Virus record (IMG/VR): IMGVR_UViG_3300026302_000005
Span: 64,001-128,000 of that record
DNA from: a virus
Lineage: Duplodnaviria; Heunggongvirae; Uroviricota; Caudoviricetes
Length of the DNA stretch: 64,000 nucleotides
Direction: 5' to 3' (one strand)
Shown: positions 40,835-50,799 of the stretch, in pieces
How positions within the stretch are numbered: position 1 is the stretch's first letter
Layout: the number at the start of each line of letters is the position of its first letter
Translations under genes and position numbers: made by a program
The notes under the pieces: model-generated
Seen by the model: only the letters and a program-made list of their open reading frames with translations
Database searches by the model: none
What the model was told of the DNA's origin: nothing

Positions 40835-40913
40835 GTGTTCCCCTCCTCTTAGCCACAGGTATTTAAGGGTTGGATCGTTTTCGAAATGCTGTAGTTTTGT
40901 GACACCAACTCCG

Positions 40914-40945
40914 TTCTTGACGAATCATACAAACCCTGCTATGGT
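40914..40945 (+). promoter_or_regulatory. Early promoter, TTCTTGACGAATCAT family
   Basis: TTGACG-17 nt-TATGGT; shares TTCTTGACGAATCAT and CCTGCTAT with the copies at 62606 and 63309. Confidence 0.75.
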
Positions 40946-40970
40946 ATCCTTCACAATCAAGGAGATCGAC

Positions 40971-41150
40971 ATGGACCGTGCTGATCAGATCGCCGCTGGC
41001 CTCAACCGTATGGACGGAATCACCGCACGTATGGACGAACTCGAACGTATGATGGACAGTATGGAGTTCGGTGATCGTCGTGATGGCCTGGAAGCCGAAT
41101 ACGACCAGCTTCTGGACCAACTGTTCCACTTCAACAACAAAGCGGCGTGA
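40971..41150 (+). CDS. Small acidic early protein
   Basis: AAGGAG SD downstream of the early promoter. Confidence 0.65.
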   Translation: MDRADQIAAGLNRMDGITARMDELERMMDSMEFGDRRDGLEAEYDQLLDQLFHFNNKAA

Positions 41151-41530
41151 TGGGAGAACCGACCATGAAGATGTTCACTTTCTTCGCCCCCTGGGCCATC
41201 GGCGTCTACAGCGAACTCGTCATCGTTGGCACCAACCCCGAGATGGCCGACTATGACAACCCGCGTGGTCATATCATTCAGGAACGCTGGTTCATCATGG
41301 CTGAGGCCAAGGACGGACGTCGCAAAGTTCTTCATGGTGTGATGTTTGCCGATCCGGTCGAGGCTGGTTTCTTTGCGAACCTCTATACCGGATGGGACCC
41401 GGAAAACTTCGATGAATCCGTGTGGATGGAGAGCCGTCCCATGTATGGTTCGGAAGCATGGATCAACAGCGGCACTGGCGAAGAAGAAGCTGATTATGAA
41501 CGCCGGGAGGGCGGATACTATGGATACTGA
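41147..41530 (+). CDS. Hypothetical early protein
   Basis: Coupled ORF; NPEMADYDNPRG and P.YGS.AW motifs. Confidence 0.65.
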   Translation: MMGEPTMKMFTFFAPWAIGVYSELVIVGTNPEMADYDNPRGHIIQERWFIMAEAKDGRRKVLHGVMFADPVEAGFFANLYTGWDPENFDESVWMESRPMYGSEAWINSGTGEEEADYERREGGYYGY

Positions 41531-42098
41531 TATCGTGAAACGCTTTGCCGCACTGTTCGGCACCCTTGACCTGGACGAAGTTCTGGCCAACCCCGACGAT
41601 CATTTTGACCAAGCTTCTCGGTGCAGTGTGTCTGGGCACATCATCGGCTACCATCTGGACAACGCCATGGGAGATCACATTGCGTTGGATGCCGTGGTGA
41701 AGGGCTACCAGGAATACGTGCTGTCCATCGAGGTCTTCGACGGCTATGTCAAGGAAGGCACGAAATTCCGTCGAGGTTTGTTCAACATGGCCAGCCTGAT
41801 CGCGGCCCTGCGAGCCAAATCCGACATTCTATCACAGGAGTCGATGTTCCGGCCCATCATGTGGTTCATCGACCGGGTGACCCAGGGTTGCCGAAATGAC
41901 ATGCATGAGCCCGACGAACAGGGTCTCACCATGGACCTCTCCAACGACACCCAGTTCGTTTTCGGCACCTTCCCGTTCAACGACACGATGGTCTTCAATC
42001 TCAAGCGGGAAACCCCGGCTGATCCGACCATGCCTATCACGCAGGCCAATTTCAGCATCGAGACGCTGATCCGCATGCTCATGTATATTCGGGCTTGA
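41520..42098 (+). CDS. Hypothetical protein
   Basis: GGAGG SD before MDTDIV. Confidence 0.65.
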   Translation: MDTDIVKRFAALFGTLDLDEVLANPDDHFDQASRCSVSGHIIGYHLDNAMGDHIALDAVVKGYQEYVLSIEVFDGYVKEGTKFRRGLFNMASLIAALRAKSDILSQESMFRPIMWFIDRVTQGCRNDMHEPDEQGLTMDLSNDTQFVFGTFPFNDTMVFNLKRETPADPTMPITQANFSIETLIRMLMYIRA

Positions 42099-42156
42099 TC
42101 TGGATCGAGTGATGGGGTATGGTCGCCCCATCACCCCATCACGCGGGAACCCCATC

Positions 42157-42480
42157 ATGTCGCAGCTAACTGAACGCTATAGCTACCGTGAGCACCGTCG
42201 CCAAGCCAAAGCCCATTTCATCAATCGGTGGAAGGCACGGGTCGATAACAACCCACCGGACGTCGATGCACTCTTTCAGGAATTTCGGGCCGAGATGTCC
42301 GGACAGGGACACGGAATCCTCAAACTTCTACATCATGTTGAATACCACAGTTCTCGATGGCTGGCTCATACCGGTGATGGTCGAGAAGTCATCATCACCT
42401 ACAACCACAAGCTCGGTCTGCCCACTACGGTGTGGCCGAATCCGAAGGCGAAAACAGATCGGGTAGTAGAACCTACTTGA
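42157..42480 (+). CDS. Hypothetical protein (weak RelE/BECR-like pattern)
   Basis: HFINRW..R...I.Y......TTVWP. Confidence 0.5.
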   Translation: MSQLTERYSYREHRRQAKAHFINRWKARVDNNPPDVDALFQEFRAEMSGQGHGILKLLHHVEYHSSRWLAHTGDGREVIITYNHKLGLPTTVWPNPKAKTDRVVEPT

Positions 42481-42620
42481 TTTCCGGAATCCTCCGCCTA
42501 AATACGTTCTGGAGCCAGATGGGGAAACCCGGATGGCTTTTGGAAGAAGTCTCTTGGCAGGTAAGCCCACACATGTAGGTGTGGCATGGAAGTCCAGGAG
42601 CAGGCAATGAGGATGAGAAC

Positions 42621-43427
42621 ATGCACAGCGCAAACCGCGCTTTCGAGGCATCCGTGATGATTCGCGGACGACCTGTGAAAGAAGTCCACCACCGTGGAAA
42701 AACGTATATCGAAGGCCGCTCCGGCACCGATTACACCCTTGAATTCAGAAGTCATGAGCGAACCCGCGTCTTGGTGATCCCAAGCGTCGATGGTCTATGT
42801 GTGGTCGATGGCAAGCCAGCCGGTCGCAACAGTCCTGGGTTCATCGTCGAGCCCTATCAGACCATCCAGGTTCCCGGATGGATCGTTGATCAGGCAACTG
42901 CGGCGAAATTCGTGTTCTGGCCTCAGGATGCACGTGGGCAGAAGACCTACGTGGAAGAACTCCAGAAGTCTGGTGCCCGAGTGGACATTGGCAACCAGGG
43001 CCTGATCGGCTTCCTGGTTCTGGAAGAGCACTTCACCCCTACCCTGCGATACACCGGGGGAGTGATGTCACCGAAGGATGCAGGTATCTGGCAAAACGCC
43101 GGGTTCAACACCACACAGTTCTCGGCTGAAAACCAGGCGCGTGGCATCGCATGTTCGACTGGATCGCTAAATGCGATGTCACAGGCATCAACACCACTCG
43201 GAACCGGGTTTGGTGAGGCTACGGATTTCAGCACCCGCACTGGTGAGTTCAAACGTGGTCGCACCATCGGGGAGTTCGTGTTCGAATACGACACGCTCCG
43301 TGGATTGAAGGATCGCGGTGTTCCAGTCCAGTTCTTCACCGGATCGGACAAGCTCTATGGTGAACGGACTGCATTCCCGGCTGATACCGGGGTGGGGTGC
43401 AAACCACCGGCTGGGTGGAAAAAATGA
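42621..43427 (+). CDS. Conserved hypothetical late protein
   Basis: TAAATA at 42499; YIEGR.G..Y, SVDGL.V.DGKPA and I.VPGW motifs. Confidence 0.7.
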   Translation: MHSANRAFEASVMIRGRPVKEVHHRGKTYIEGRSGTDYTLEFRSHERTRVLVIPSVDGLCVVDGKPAGRNSPGFIVEPYQTIQVPGWIVDQATAAKFVFWPQDARGQKTYVEELQKSGARVDIGNQGLIGFLVLEEHFTPTLRYTGGVMSPKDAGIWQNAGFNTTQFSAENQARGIACSTGSLNAMSQASTPLGTGFGEATDFSTRTGEFKRGRTIGEFVFEYDTLRGLKDRGVPVQFFTGSDKLYGERTAFPADTGVGCKPPAGWKK

Positions 43428-43669
43428 GATACCCCTGGAATGAAGTAGAACTTCCAGTGACCATCCCGGAACGGTATCTGATGAACCCGCCCGTGCCACA
43501 TCCGGATTTTCCGGATCAGTCATCGGCTATTCCGCGAATGCCTTCGCCCCCAGTCATGATGGGATGGCAATGTCCAAGGTGTGGGGCAGGCAATGCCCCA
43601 CACGTCTCCAGATGCGGCTGTATGCCCATCCCATTCAATATCACCTCAACCACAGGAACATCCCTATGA
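43424..43669 (+). CDS. Small Pro/Cys-rich protein
   Basis: GWQCPRCG...P....C; ATGA overlaps on both ends. Confidence 0.55.
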   Translation: MRYPWNEVELPVTIPERYLMNPPVPHPDFPDQSSAIPRMPSPPVMMGWQCPRCGAGNAPHVSRCGCMPIPFNITSTTGTSL

Positions 43670-44412
43670 CCCTCGTAATCGCTCCCGGTGTCACCGACAC
43701 CACCAACTTCAAACCCATCAACGGCGACACCCTCCTGGTGTATCTGATCGACCGTTCTGGATCGATGCGATCCTGCTGGGAAGGCACCATCGGTGGCCTG
43801 AACATCGACATCGAAACTCAGAAGCAGTCCGATGACGGTAAGACCGAAGCTGCCGTCTTTTTCTTCGACGGGGATCGCACCTATGGGTCTTGGAACAACA
43901 CCAAGACGCGCCTGGTCAAACCATTCGAAGGCAATCTGATGGAAGCCATCCAGTTCAGCCAGACCGATACCAGCTATGGTCCTCACGGATCGACACCGTT
44001 GTATGACGCCGTGGGTCAGATGATCACAGAAGTTGAAGGCCGTGTGGCAGCAACCGATGGGATCGTCAACGTGATCGTTTCGATCTTCACCGACGGTGAG
44101 AACACCGACGGGCATGGATACCAGGCCGATGAAGTCAAGCGGATGGTCGAAGCCGCCCAAGGTCGCGGGTGGACGTTCACCTACTTCGGTGCGAACCAGG
44201 ATGCCTGGAAAGTCGGTGGTAGCTTCGGCATCGCCAAGGGTAACACCATGGCTTATGACACCACGAGTATGGCCCAGACTATGGCTACGGCCAGCATCGC
44301 TCGATCCGCTCATGTTGGGATGTCCAAGCTGGCTGCATCTCAGGGCCTCAACTATGCCTCCCAGGCATTCTTTGCCGAGGCGGGCCAGTCAGAGGCCGAC
44401 TACAAGCCGTAA
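43666..44412 (+). CDS. vWA-domain protein
   Basis: MIDAS motifs DRSGSM, TPLYDA and TDGEN; FGANQDA. Confidence 0.88.
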   Translation: MTLVIAPGVTDTTNFKPINGDTLLVYLIDRSGSMRSCWEGTIGGLNIDIETQKQSDDGKTEAAVFFFDGDRTYGSWNNTKTRLVKPFEGNLMEAIQFSQTDTSYGPHGSTPLYDAVGQMITEVEGRVAATDGIVNVIVSIFTDGENTDGHGYQADEVKRMVEAAQGRGWTFTYFGANQDAWKVGGSFGIAKGNTMAYDTTSMAQTMATASIARSAHVGMSKLAASQGLNYASQAFFAEAGQSEADYKP

Positions 44413-44426
44413 CTGGATCGATCCGG

Positions 44427-44450
44427 AAGGGGCCCCTCGGGGCCCCTTTT
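44427..44450 (+). terminator. Rho-independent terminator
   Basis: AAGGGGCCCC-TC-GGGGCCCCTTTT. Confidence 0.75.
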
Positions 44451-44459
44451 GATTCCAGA

Positions 44460-44594
44460 TCAATTCTCCCCGATACCCAGATACATGTCGATCACATCGT
44501 ATTCCGGGCGATGCGGCGAGCGGAGGGCATAGATGTAGCCGATCACGAGCGGCATTGCCACGACGGCCAGAACGGTGAGCAGGTGGGTCATGAT
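44460..44594 (-). CDS. Small membrane peptide
   Basis: GGAG SD before MTHLL. Upstream sigma70-like TTGACT-17 nt-TATACA at about 44714-44742. Confidence 0.45.
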   Translation of the reverse strand: MMTHLLTVLAVVAMPLVIGYIYALRSPHRPEYDVIDMYLGIGEN

Positions 44595-44779
44595 GGTCTC
44601 CAGTTGCGGGGTTATGGTGATAGCGTTGACGAATGGTTCTGCCATTGCAACCAGGGAAGCAAACAGTTTGATCATCTGATTCCCCGAGTTGGGCTGGGTT
44701 GCGTCATGAAGGTTGTATATCAGGGTCTTCCCGGAAAGTCAATCGTCATGAATCATAAATACCATGAGGGAGACACCAC

Positions 44780-45586
44780 ATGTCCGGATCATATCTGCTA
44801 GAGCCAACTGAGATCGAAGAGCTTTCTGAGGAAGCCAAGAAGCGCCTGGAAAGGCTCTACTATCATTGCAACGTGCGTCTCGGTGGAACCAGTATCCCGG
44901 TTCACCTGGAAGATGACGATTACACCTATGCGTTCGAGTCAGCCGTAAACCTGTATCGAACCCGATCAAGCCGCAGTATCAACCAAACCTTCGGGTTTGT
45001 CGAACTCCAGCCGGGTCAGGCTATGTATCAGCTTCATGAGCGGGTAGACGTGGTGAAGAAGGTGGCCCGAGCCGGTGCTGGGTTTGGTGGAACCAGTCAG
45101 CTTGGTGCCTTTGAGTCGTTTGGTGCGGCCACCCTGAACTCACTCATGCGTGGTGTAGCCGGGGGCCCGGGCGGCGTCGATCTTGCAACCTGGGACTTTA
45201 CTGCTCAATACATGGAAACCATCGAACGACTTTTTGCTCGTGAGATCAACTTCTCCTTCCGCAATGAAGACCAAACCCTTATCATCCATCAGACTGTTGG
45301 AGCACGGGAATGGATTTTGCTGGAAGTGTCGGTGCTCAAGCCTCTTTCATCATTGTTGGCTGATCATTGGGCATACGATTGGTTGCAGAAATACACCCTG
45401 GCGGTATGCAAAACCATCCTGGGGGAGAAATACTCCTTGTTCGCCACCATTAGTGGCCCACAGGGTGGATCGGTCATGAAGGGTGAACAACTCAAGCAGG
45501 CCGGTAACGATGAGATGACCAAGCTGGAAGACGACTTGATGGTCTGGGGTGATAGCTCGGATATTCCGCTGCCGATCCGAGGATAA
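44780..45586 (+). CDS. gp13: Neck protein (T4 gp13-like)
   Basis: RLGG..I.V.L and W...YTLA..K.ILGE..S.F.TI.GPQGG motifs; TAAATA at 44756. Confidence 0.85.
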   Translation: MSGSYLLEPTEIEELSEEAKKRLERLYYHCNVRLGGTSIPVHLEDDDYTYAFESAVNLYRTRSSRSINQTFGFVELQPGQAMYQLHERVDVVKKVARAGAGFGGTSQLGAFESFGAATLNSLMRGVAGGPGGVDLATWDFTAQYMETIERLFAREINFSFRNEDQTLIIHQTVGAREWILLEVSVLKPLSSLLADHWAYDWLQKYTLAVCKTILGEKYSLFATISGPQGGSVMKGEQLKQAGNDEMTKLEDDLMVWGDSSDIPLPIRG

Positions 45587-45589
45587 CAG

Positions 45590-46195
45590 ATGCGGTTGTT
45601 TGACCTCTTTGAAGCCTACCCCACTACGCTGACCCCGGCGATGATGAAGCAGATACGTGCGTGGCGGAAGCAATGTCGGATCGACAACGGTGGCGGCGGG
45701 ATGTGCCATGAGGTCTCGGAGATCATCGAAGGCGAGTGGGGTTGGGAACGCAGGGACGGGACCTACTGCAACCACGATGGTCGCATTATCTGTTCTGCCC
45801 ATTACTGGAACATCATGCCGGATGGATCGGTCCTGGATAGCACGGCAGACCAATTTGGTGAAGATGATATCCGGGTGATCAAACCGACTGATCCAGAATT
45901 CAAGCAGTATCGTCCGGAGTGGAGTCCGGATTACCATCCCGGCCATCCAGATTTCCCACCGGATGATCCTGTGCATGCACATGCGTGGGATGGTCGATTT
46001 GACTGGGACGCAGAAAAACAGGACAATTTGCCGATTGGGTGGCAGCACATGGATATCGCGAAGCTTCACCGGCTTCGGTCATATCTGGTTGATCGGTTGA
46101 AGCTGGAACGTGGTTCCATACACAGGGTGACTGACTGGACACGTAAGCAGATCGACCAGGTTGATGCTCGGATCAGAGAGCTTAGCTCTGGGTGA
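45590..46195 (+). CDS. MRLFDLFE-leader protein with transglutaminase/papain-like Cys-His-Asp motif
   Basis: GGMCHEVS...HYWN...DGSVLDSTADQF. Confidence 0.6.
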   Translation: MRLFDLFEAYPTTLTPAMMKQIRAWRKQCRIDNGGGGMCHEVSEIIEGEWGWERRDGTYCNHDGRIICSAHYWNIMPDGSVLDSTADQFGEDDIRVIKPTDPEFKQYRPEWSPDYHPGHPDFPPDDPVHAHAWDGRFDWDAEKQDNLPIGWQHMDIAKLHRLRSYLVDRLKLERGSIHRVTDWTRKQIDQVDARIRELSSG

Positions 46196-46814
46196 TCGTC
46201 CAACTGTTCAGTCTTGATCGACCGATCACCCCACGGGGGGCCGATAGGGCATCAGGGTCTAGTCGATCATTCCACCACACCCCGTCGAGTTGAGTTGTTT
46301 GTTCTACCCATATGGTTACCAAGATATCGAATGTCATACCGGCACTAACTTGATATCCCGCGACTGCATTCAGTTTGGGTGTCCCGACTATACCACCTGG
46401 AATCACTTCAACTTCGGTATCCATATACTCCGCCTCTTGCTCGGCAGTTTCCCTATCAGGAAAATCGGAATGGACGGTATCGTCGAGTTCGTCATCAAAC
46501 CATGAGACCCGATAAATCTCCGCTGACTTTACCAACCTTTTACCAATGCCCCAGGCAATGATCTCGGCTCGGAGAGATTTATTGATCTTGTGAAAGTCCA
46601 AGAACGCCCCATTGGGTTTGACCAATACCCATGTCGATCCCGCAACACCACCACGGGCGATCATACGCCACTCATCTGGATGCAACGAAACTGATAGGCC
46701 CGAACCTTCATAGCTACCAGTTCGCTTCTTTGAAGCATCCATAGACCCTACATGAAAGACTTTGGATATCTTCCGTAGGGGAGTGGTGGCCTCGTATAGA
46801 TTTGAAAGTTTCAT
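46182..46814 (-). CDS. MKLSNLYE-leader protein, ADP-ribosyltransferase-like
   Basis: VFHVG...SYEG.GLSVS...DGVWW.D.LD...SAPRGVI. Confidence 0.55.
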   Translation of the reverse strand: MKLSNLYEATTPLRKISKVFHVGSMDASKKRTGSYEGSGLSVSLHPDEWRMIARGGVAGSTWVLVKPNGAFLDFHKINKSLRAEIIAWGIGKRLVKSAEIYRVSWFDDELDDTVHSDFPDRETAEQEAEYMDTEVEVIPGGIVGTPKLNAVAGYQVSAGMTFDILVTIWVEQTTQLDGVWWNDRLDPDALSAPRGVIGRSRLNSWTITQS

Positions 46815-48097
46815 ACTGGAGCACTCACATTCGGGTTTTCCCAGATCGGAACTCCCAGCCAGTTTTGAATCCGAACGATCTTGGTCTTTCCACGGAATCC
46901 GATGTCTCGGGTGATTTGGAATGCCAGGTCTTGCGCATCGCGGTGTTCGGTCGGGAAGAGGTTCTTCATTAGCCGTTCGATCAGGGCTACGAACTGTGGA
47001 TGCTCACGAAGCACCATCATCATGTTATTGGAGTTGATGAAGTCCTCTTCAACATGGTCCAGTGCGTAGTTGAATGCTGCCCGCAGCGTGGTCAGGAATG
47101 GTTGTCCAAACCGCCCAAACCGCTCGAAGTGATGAGTGGCAGAGTCCACCAGGCTATCCAATACCTCGCCTCGGTTGGCCTCAGCATACTCGCTGAATGA
47201 TCCCCAATCTTCGAACGTCTCCGGACTTTCCTCGGCCTCTTCGTAATATCGTTCGATGGCGTGATAGATGTCACTGCTGATACCATTGGTGAATAGGTCT
47301 TCGTCCAGGTTGCCGGAGCCCTGGACGTATTGTATCACTATGATGATGGGGTTGCCACCAAATCGACGAACCGCATCCGATGCTGCGGCCTTGGCTTTGC
47401 GCAGGTTGTTGGCCACATACACACCACCAAACGTCTCGTATCCATGCTCCGGATCGTCATCACTACCCGAGTAGGTGCGTTGTGGAGGATTTGCCAATAG
47501 ACCCTGCTTGATAATTCCCCTGATGAACCGGTCGGATGTTCCATGATAGACCAGTTCGGTGTTTTGGATACGACGTTCGGTCAGTTCCCCGACGACTTCA
47601 CCAAGATGCCGTCCGTCCTTACTGTAGCGATCCACTTTAACCGGCTGCATCAGTGCGGTATCGATGATCACCATGGATGTGCTGCCCGGGTCTTCCACGT
47701 TGTTCCGATACAGGATGCTATCGAAGCCTTTGGCAGTCATGATGGTGGACAGAAGATCGATTCTCTTGGCCTCGGTGCGAGCCATGATGATCTCACCACG
47801 TTCTTCTTTCGTGATGAACGGGGGCTTGCGGTAATAGAGGGCATCAGCCAGTCGTATTGCGGTGTGTTGGTCTGCGGAATCTTTGATCCTGGCTGGCTTG
47901 GACGGGACAACCCGGTATGAGTAGACGAAGAACTCATACTGACTGGTGATCATACATTGTATCTGTCCACGGTCGAGTGCGGCTTTCAATGTCCCCAGAT
48001 GGGACATCGGGTTGAGCCCGGTTGGATCAAACTTTTTCGTGCTGGCGTGAAACCACACGTTTTGGTCTGCCTGTTCAAGAAGGTCGAAGAGCCGCAT
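46811..48097 (-). CDS. MRLFDLLE-leader protein with two ART-like domains
   Basis: WFHAS...HLGT...GFDSILYRN.VE; then ELTE; then VYHGT...GL...GGVYVA. Confidence 0.65.
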   Translation of the reverse strand: MRLFDLLEQADQNVWFHASTKKFDPTGLNPMSHLGTLKAALDRGQIQCMITSQYEFFVYSYRVVPSKPARIKDSADQHTAIRLADALYYRKPPFITKEERGEIIMARTEAKRIDLLSTIMTAKGFDSILYRNNVEDPGSTSMVIIDTALMQPVKVDRYSKDGRHLGEVVGELTERRIQNTELVYHGTSDRFIRGIIKQGLLANPPQRTYSGSDDDPEHGYETFGGVYVANNLRKAKAAASDAVRRFGGNPIIIVIQYVQGSGNLDEDLFTNGISSDIYHAIERYYEEAEESPETFEDWGSFSEYAEANRGEVLDSLVDSATHHFERFGRFGQPFLTTLRAAFNYALDHVEEDFINSNNMMMVLREHPQFVALIERLMKNLFPTEHRDAQDLAFQITRDIGFRGKTKIVRIQNWLGVPIWENPNVSAPV

Positions 48098-48100
48098 TCA

Positions 48101-48125
48101 TAAATACCTCAGAGGATAGTATTTA
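48101..48125. promoter_or_regulatory. Overlapping face-to-face late promoters
   Basis: TAAATAC (+, 48101) ... GTATTTA (-, 48119-48125), with an SD for each gene in between. Confidence 0.7.
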
Positions 48126-48129
48126 CCCC

Positions 48130-49311
48130 ATGCCAAAGTTCAAACCGGTCAGACCCTTCGAGTTGTCCCATGATGGCGAGCACTTCGGTGCTCCTGGAAA
48201 GTATGCGGCGTTTGTCCGCGAAGTCACTGAGGTTCAGTTTCAACTCGGTGGTATCTACTGCTACGTCTATCGTCTATTGGGAACCTGGGAGCAGGATCGA
48301 GATATGGTGGGTGTTCTACATAGTGAGCAGGGAGCTACCAAGGATGCAACGGACGTAGGCTCGTTCCTTGGTATTCAAGACCCCATCCTGGGAGAGAACC
48401 GGGACCGGGCCTATGACTTTGAGGAAATCCCCCGGCTCAAGGGTGTGTATCAGATCAGTCAGTCTGAAATGGAACTGCTCCGATTCGGTTACAAATCGAA
48501 CGAGACCGTCAGCATGGAATTCCATCAGGGGCAGGTAGAGCGAGAGCTTGGCCGTCGGTTCATGGAGGGCGACGTAATAGAGCTTCCCCATCTGCGTGAA
48601 GTTGGCCTGGATGGGCGAGTTGCCAACCGTTGGTATGAGGTCAAATCGATCACGTGGTCACCCGGTGGGTATGATCCGACATATCACCGCCACATCGTGG
48701 GGGTCATTCTACAACCGCTTCGTCATCAGCAGGAGTTTATGGACCTGTTTGACAATGTTCGTGATCAATACGGGAAGACCCTGGCGGAGCAGATTTCCAA
48801 CGTCGATAGCATGCAGGCCATCACCGCTGCCATTCAGGAACAGGCTGGATCGCATACCCCAACTACCTGGTGGGATACCTCGATCATGTGGTTTGATCCT
48901 AATCATCCTGATCGCAAGCCCTGGAAGTTTACAGATGATCTCAAGCCGGATAATGGCGAGCCGGTGTTCCAGGGCGAATCATTTCCACCGAACCCAATCG
49001 AGGGTGAATGGTTTTTGCGGTTGGATTTTGAACCGAATCGCCTCTATCGGTTCCAGAACGGAAAATGGAAGCTGCGTGAAGTCGATACTAAGCGTGAGTG
49101 GCAACCGTATAACTGGGTGGTTAAATTGCGCGAATTCATGTCGGATCGAAGCGAAGCAGATCGCAATCGTGGGTGGGAGCTTCGGTCTATTCACGACGTC
49201 ATCACAGATCGCGAGCATCGGTCTGATCCATCTGGCCTTCGTGCGACCAAGAATACCTCACCGAATGAGGGATTGATCGATACCGGTCACACCCTTCCTA
49301 AGAAGAAGTAG
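48130..49311 (+). CDS. gp14: Neck/head-closure protein (T4 gp14-like)
   Basis: IQDP.LGENRDR.YD, GDVIELPHLRE and FP.NP..G..FLR.DF.PNRLYRF motifs. Confidence 0.8.
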   Translation: MPKFKPVRPFELSHDGEHFGAPGKYAAFVREVTEVQFQLGGIYCYVYRLLGTWEQDRDMVGVLHSEQGATKDATDVGSFLGIQDPILGENRDRAYDFEEIPRLKGVYQISQSEMELLRFGYKSNETVSMEFHQGQVERELGRRFMEGDVIELPHLREVGLDGRVANRWYEVKSITWSPGGYDPTYHRHIVGVILQPLRHQQEFMDLFDNVRDQYGKTLAEQISNVDSMQAITAAIQEQAGSHTPTTWWDTSIMWFDPNHPDRKPWKFTDDLKPDNGEPVFQGESFPPNPIEGEWFLRLDFEPNRLYRFQNGKWKLREVDTKREWQPYNWVVKLREFMSDRSEADRNRGWELRSIHDVITDREHRSDPSGLRATKNTSPNEGLIDTGHTLPKKK

Positions 49312-49316
49312 CCGCT

Positions 49317-50720
49317 ATGAGATTACTTGATCTTTTTGAGACTACCCAAGGCCGACCCATGTATCACGGATCGTATACCCCCGGGGTGTTACAGAAGGTG
49401 ATCAGAACCGGTCTCAGGGGACAGGTAGAACAAGGGCGGGCCAAACTAGCTCCTATGAAGGGTAGGGTCTATATGACCCCACAGCTTCGCTACGCCATCA
49501 TCTACGCCATTGGTGGTGACATGCTAGGACACAAACAGCCTCCCTCCAGAATCAAACCTGGAGAGAGATACGGGTATGTGTTTGAGATCAGTCCGGATGA
49601 TCTCACCGACGACATCATTCCTGACGAAGATGTCGTCGGGGATGCACTAGCCGCTGCCTATGAGATCGATAAGTTTGGCCGACACAATGAGTTTTCTGAA
49701 CTCGATAAAGAACTTCTGCAACATCCATCTCTTGTGAGAAGTCTCGCATCGCTATTCCACGTCTATACTCGGGATGTTCCGTCCGTCCGTAGAGGGGCCC
49801 TAGATGGGATGATCGCTGATCAGGCTAGGTTGGGAAAGCGGGTATTGAAGTATATGGGCCGGAACGACCCCATTATGAGGCAGCTTCTCCAGTTGAATGC
49901 CGTGCATCAATCCCATGGTGGGCCCGTCATGCCGATTCGGGCCTGGAGGATTGACCGTAGACTCACCCACAAGTTGGCCAAAGATGGGTCGAACTTTTTT
50001 GACGTCGCCAAGCTGGTGTGGGATCGTCGCGCAGTCACGGAGAGTCGAATAGACCTGACCGAACTGATCGGATATGATGAAGTTCAGCAGTATATCCCGG
50101 GTGTGGTCAAAACCATGATGGGTCAGTTTGGTGGCGATAGTGGATTGGAGTATGACGCCTATTCCAGGTTCACCGATCAATACTACGGATGGATTGAATC
50201 TGTGATCGGTGAAGAGCCTAACTACAACAACTTCTCTGACATCGCGGATGAACATCCTGATGTCAAGCAGAAGTTCTGGGACTGGCTCCCATCGTTCATG
50301 AAAGGCCGTGTGGAAGATGCCTATCATGACATCGTTAGTCGGTCTTCCCATCAGAACGGGCTGGTATCGTTGTATCGGGTCATCCGGGCACCTACCGACT
50401 GGTTCCCCGACCATATCGCGGATCGCCCCCTGGGTATCTACTGGAGCTTCGAGATGGACTCTGCCGAAGCCCACTGGGGTGGCGGGGATGGATACAATTG
50501 GATGATCGAAGCCCGGGCACCGATCAGTGCGATCAACTGGCCGGTTACGCTGGAAAACAAGATCATCTACGAGGGTGAAGACGAAATTCGCATTCATGAG
50601 GGCACCCCGGTTGAAGTGGATGAGATTTACGTGCAGAAGTATCATGGGGATCACTGGCTCTTACCGGATGAAATGGACCCTAAGTATCCAGTATTCAAAC
50701 CTATCCAAATGACTGTGTAG
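49317..50720 (+). CDS. MRLLDLFE-leader protein with two ART-like domains
   Basis: MYHGS...GRVYMT...YA...GYVFEI; then VTE/LTE; then LYR...LGIYWS...EDEI (R-S-ExE pattern). Confidence 0.65.
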   Translation: MRLLDLFETTQGRPMYHGSYTPGVLQKVIRTGLRGQVEQGRAKLAPMKGRVYMTPQLRYAIIYAIGGDMLGHKQPPSRIKPGERYGYVFEISPDDLTDDIIPDEDVVGDALAAAYEIDKFGRHNEFSELDKELLQHPSLVRSLASLFHVYTRDVPSVRRGALDGMIADQARLGKRVLKYMGRNDPIMRQLLQLNAVHQSHGGPVMPIRAWRIDRRLTHKLAKDGSNFFDVAKLVWDRRAVTESRIDLTELIGYDEVQQYIPGVVKTMMGQFGGDSGLEYDAYSRFTDQYYGWIESVIGEEPNYNNFSDIADEHPDVKQKFWDWLPSFMKGRVEDAYHDIVSRSSHQNGLVSLYRVIRAPTDWFPDHIADRPLGIYWSFEMDSAEAHWGGGDGYNWMIEARAPISAINWPVTLENKIIYEGEDEIRIHEGTPVEVDEIYVQKYHGDHWLLPDEMDPKYPVFKPIQMTV

Positions 50721-50799
50721 GTCTATATTCCATAGATTTATGATCCACTGTCGCATGGAGCTTCGATGGATAGTTCATAAATACCCCACGGAGTAAATC

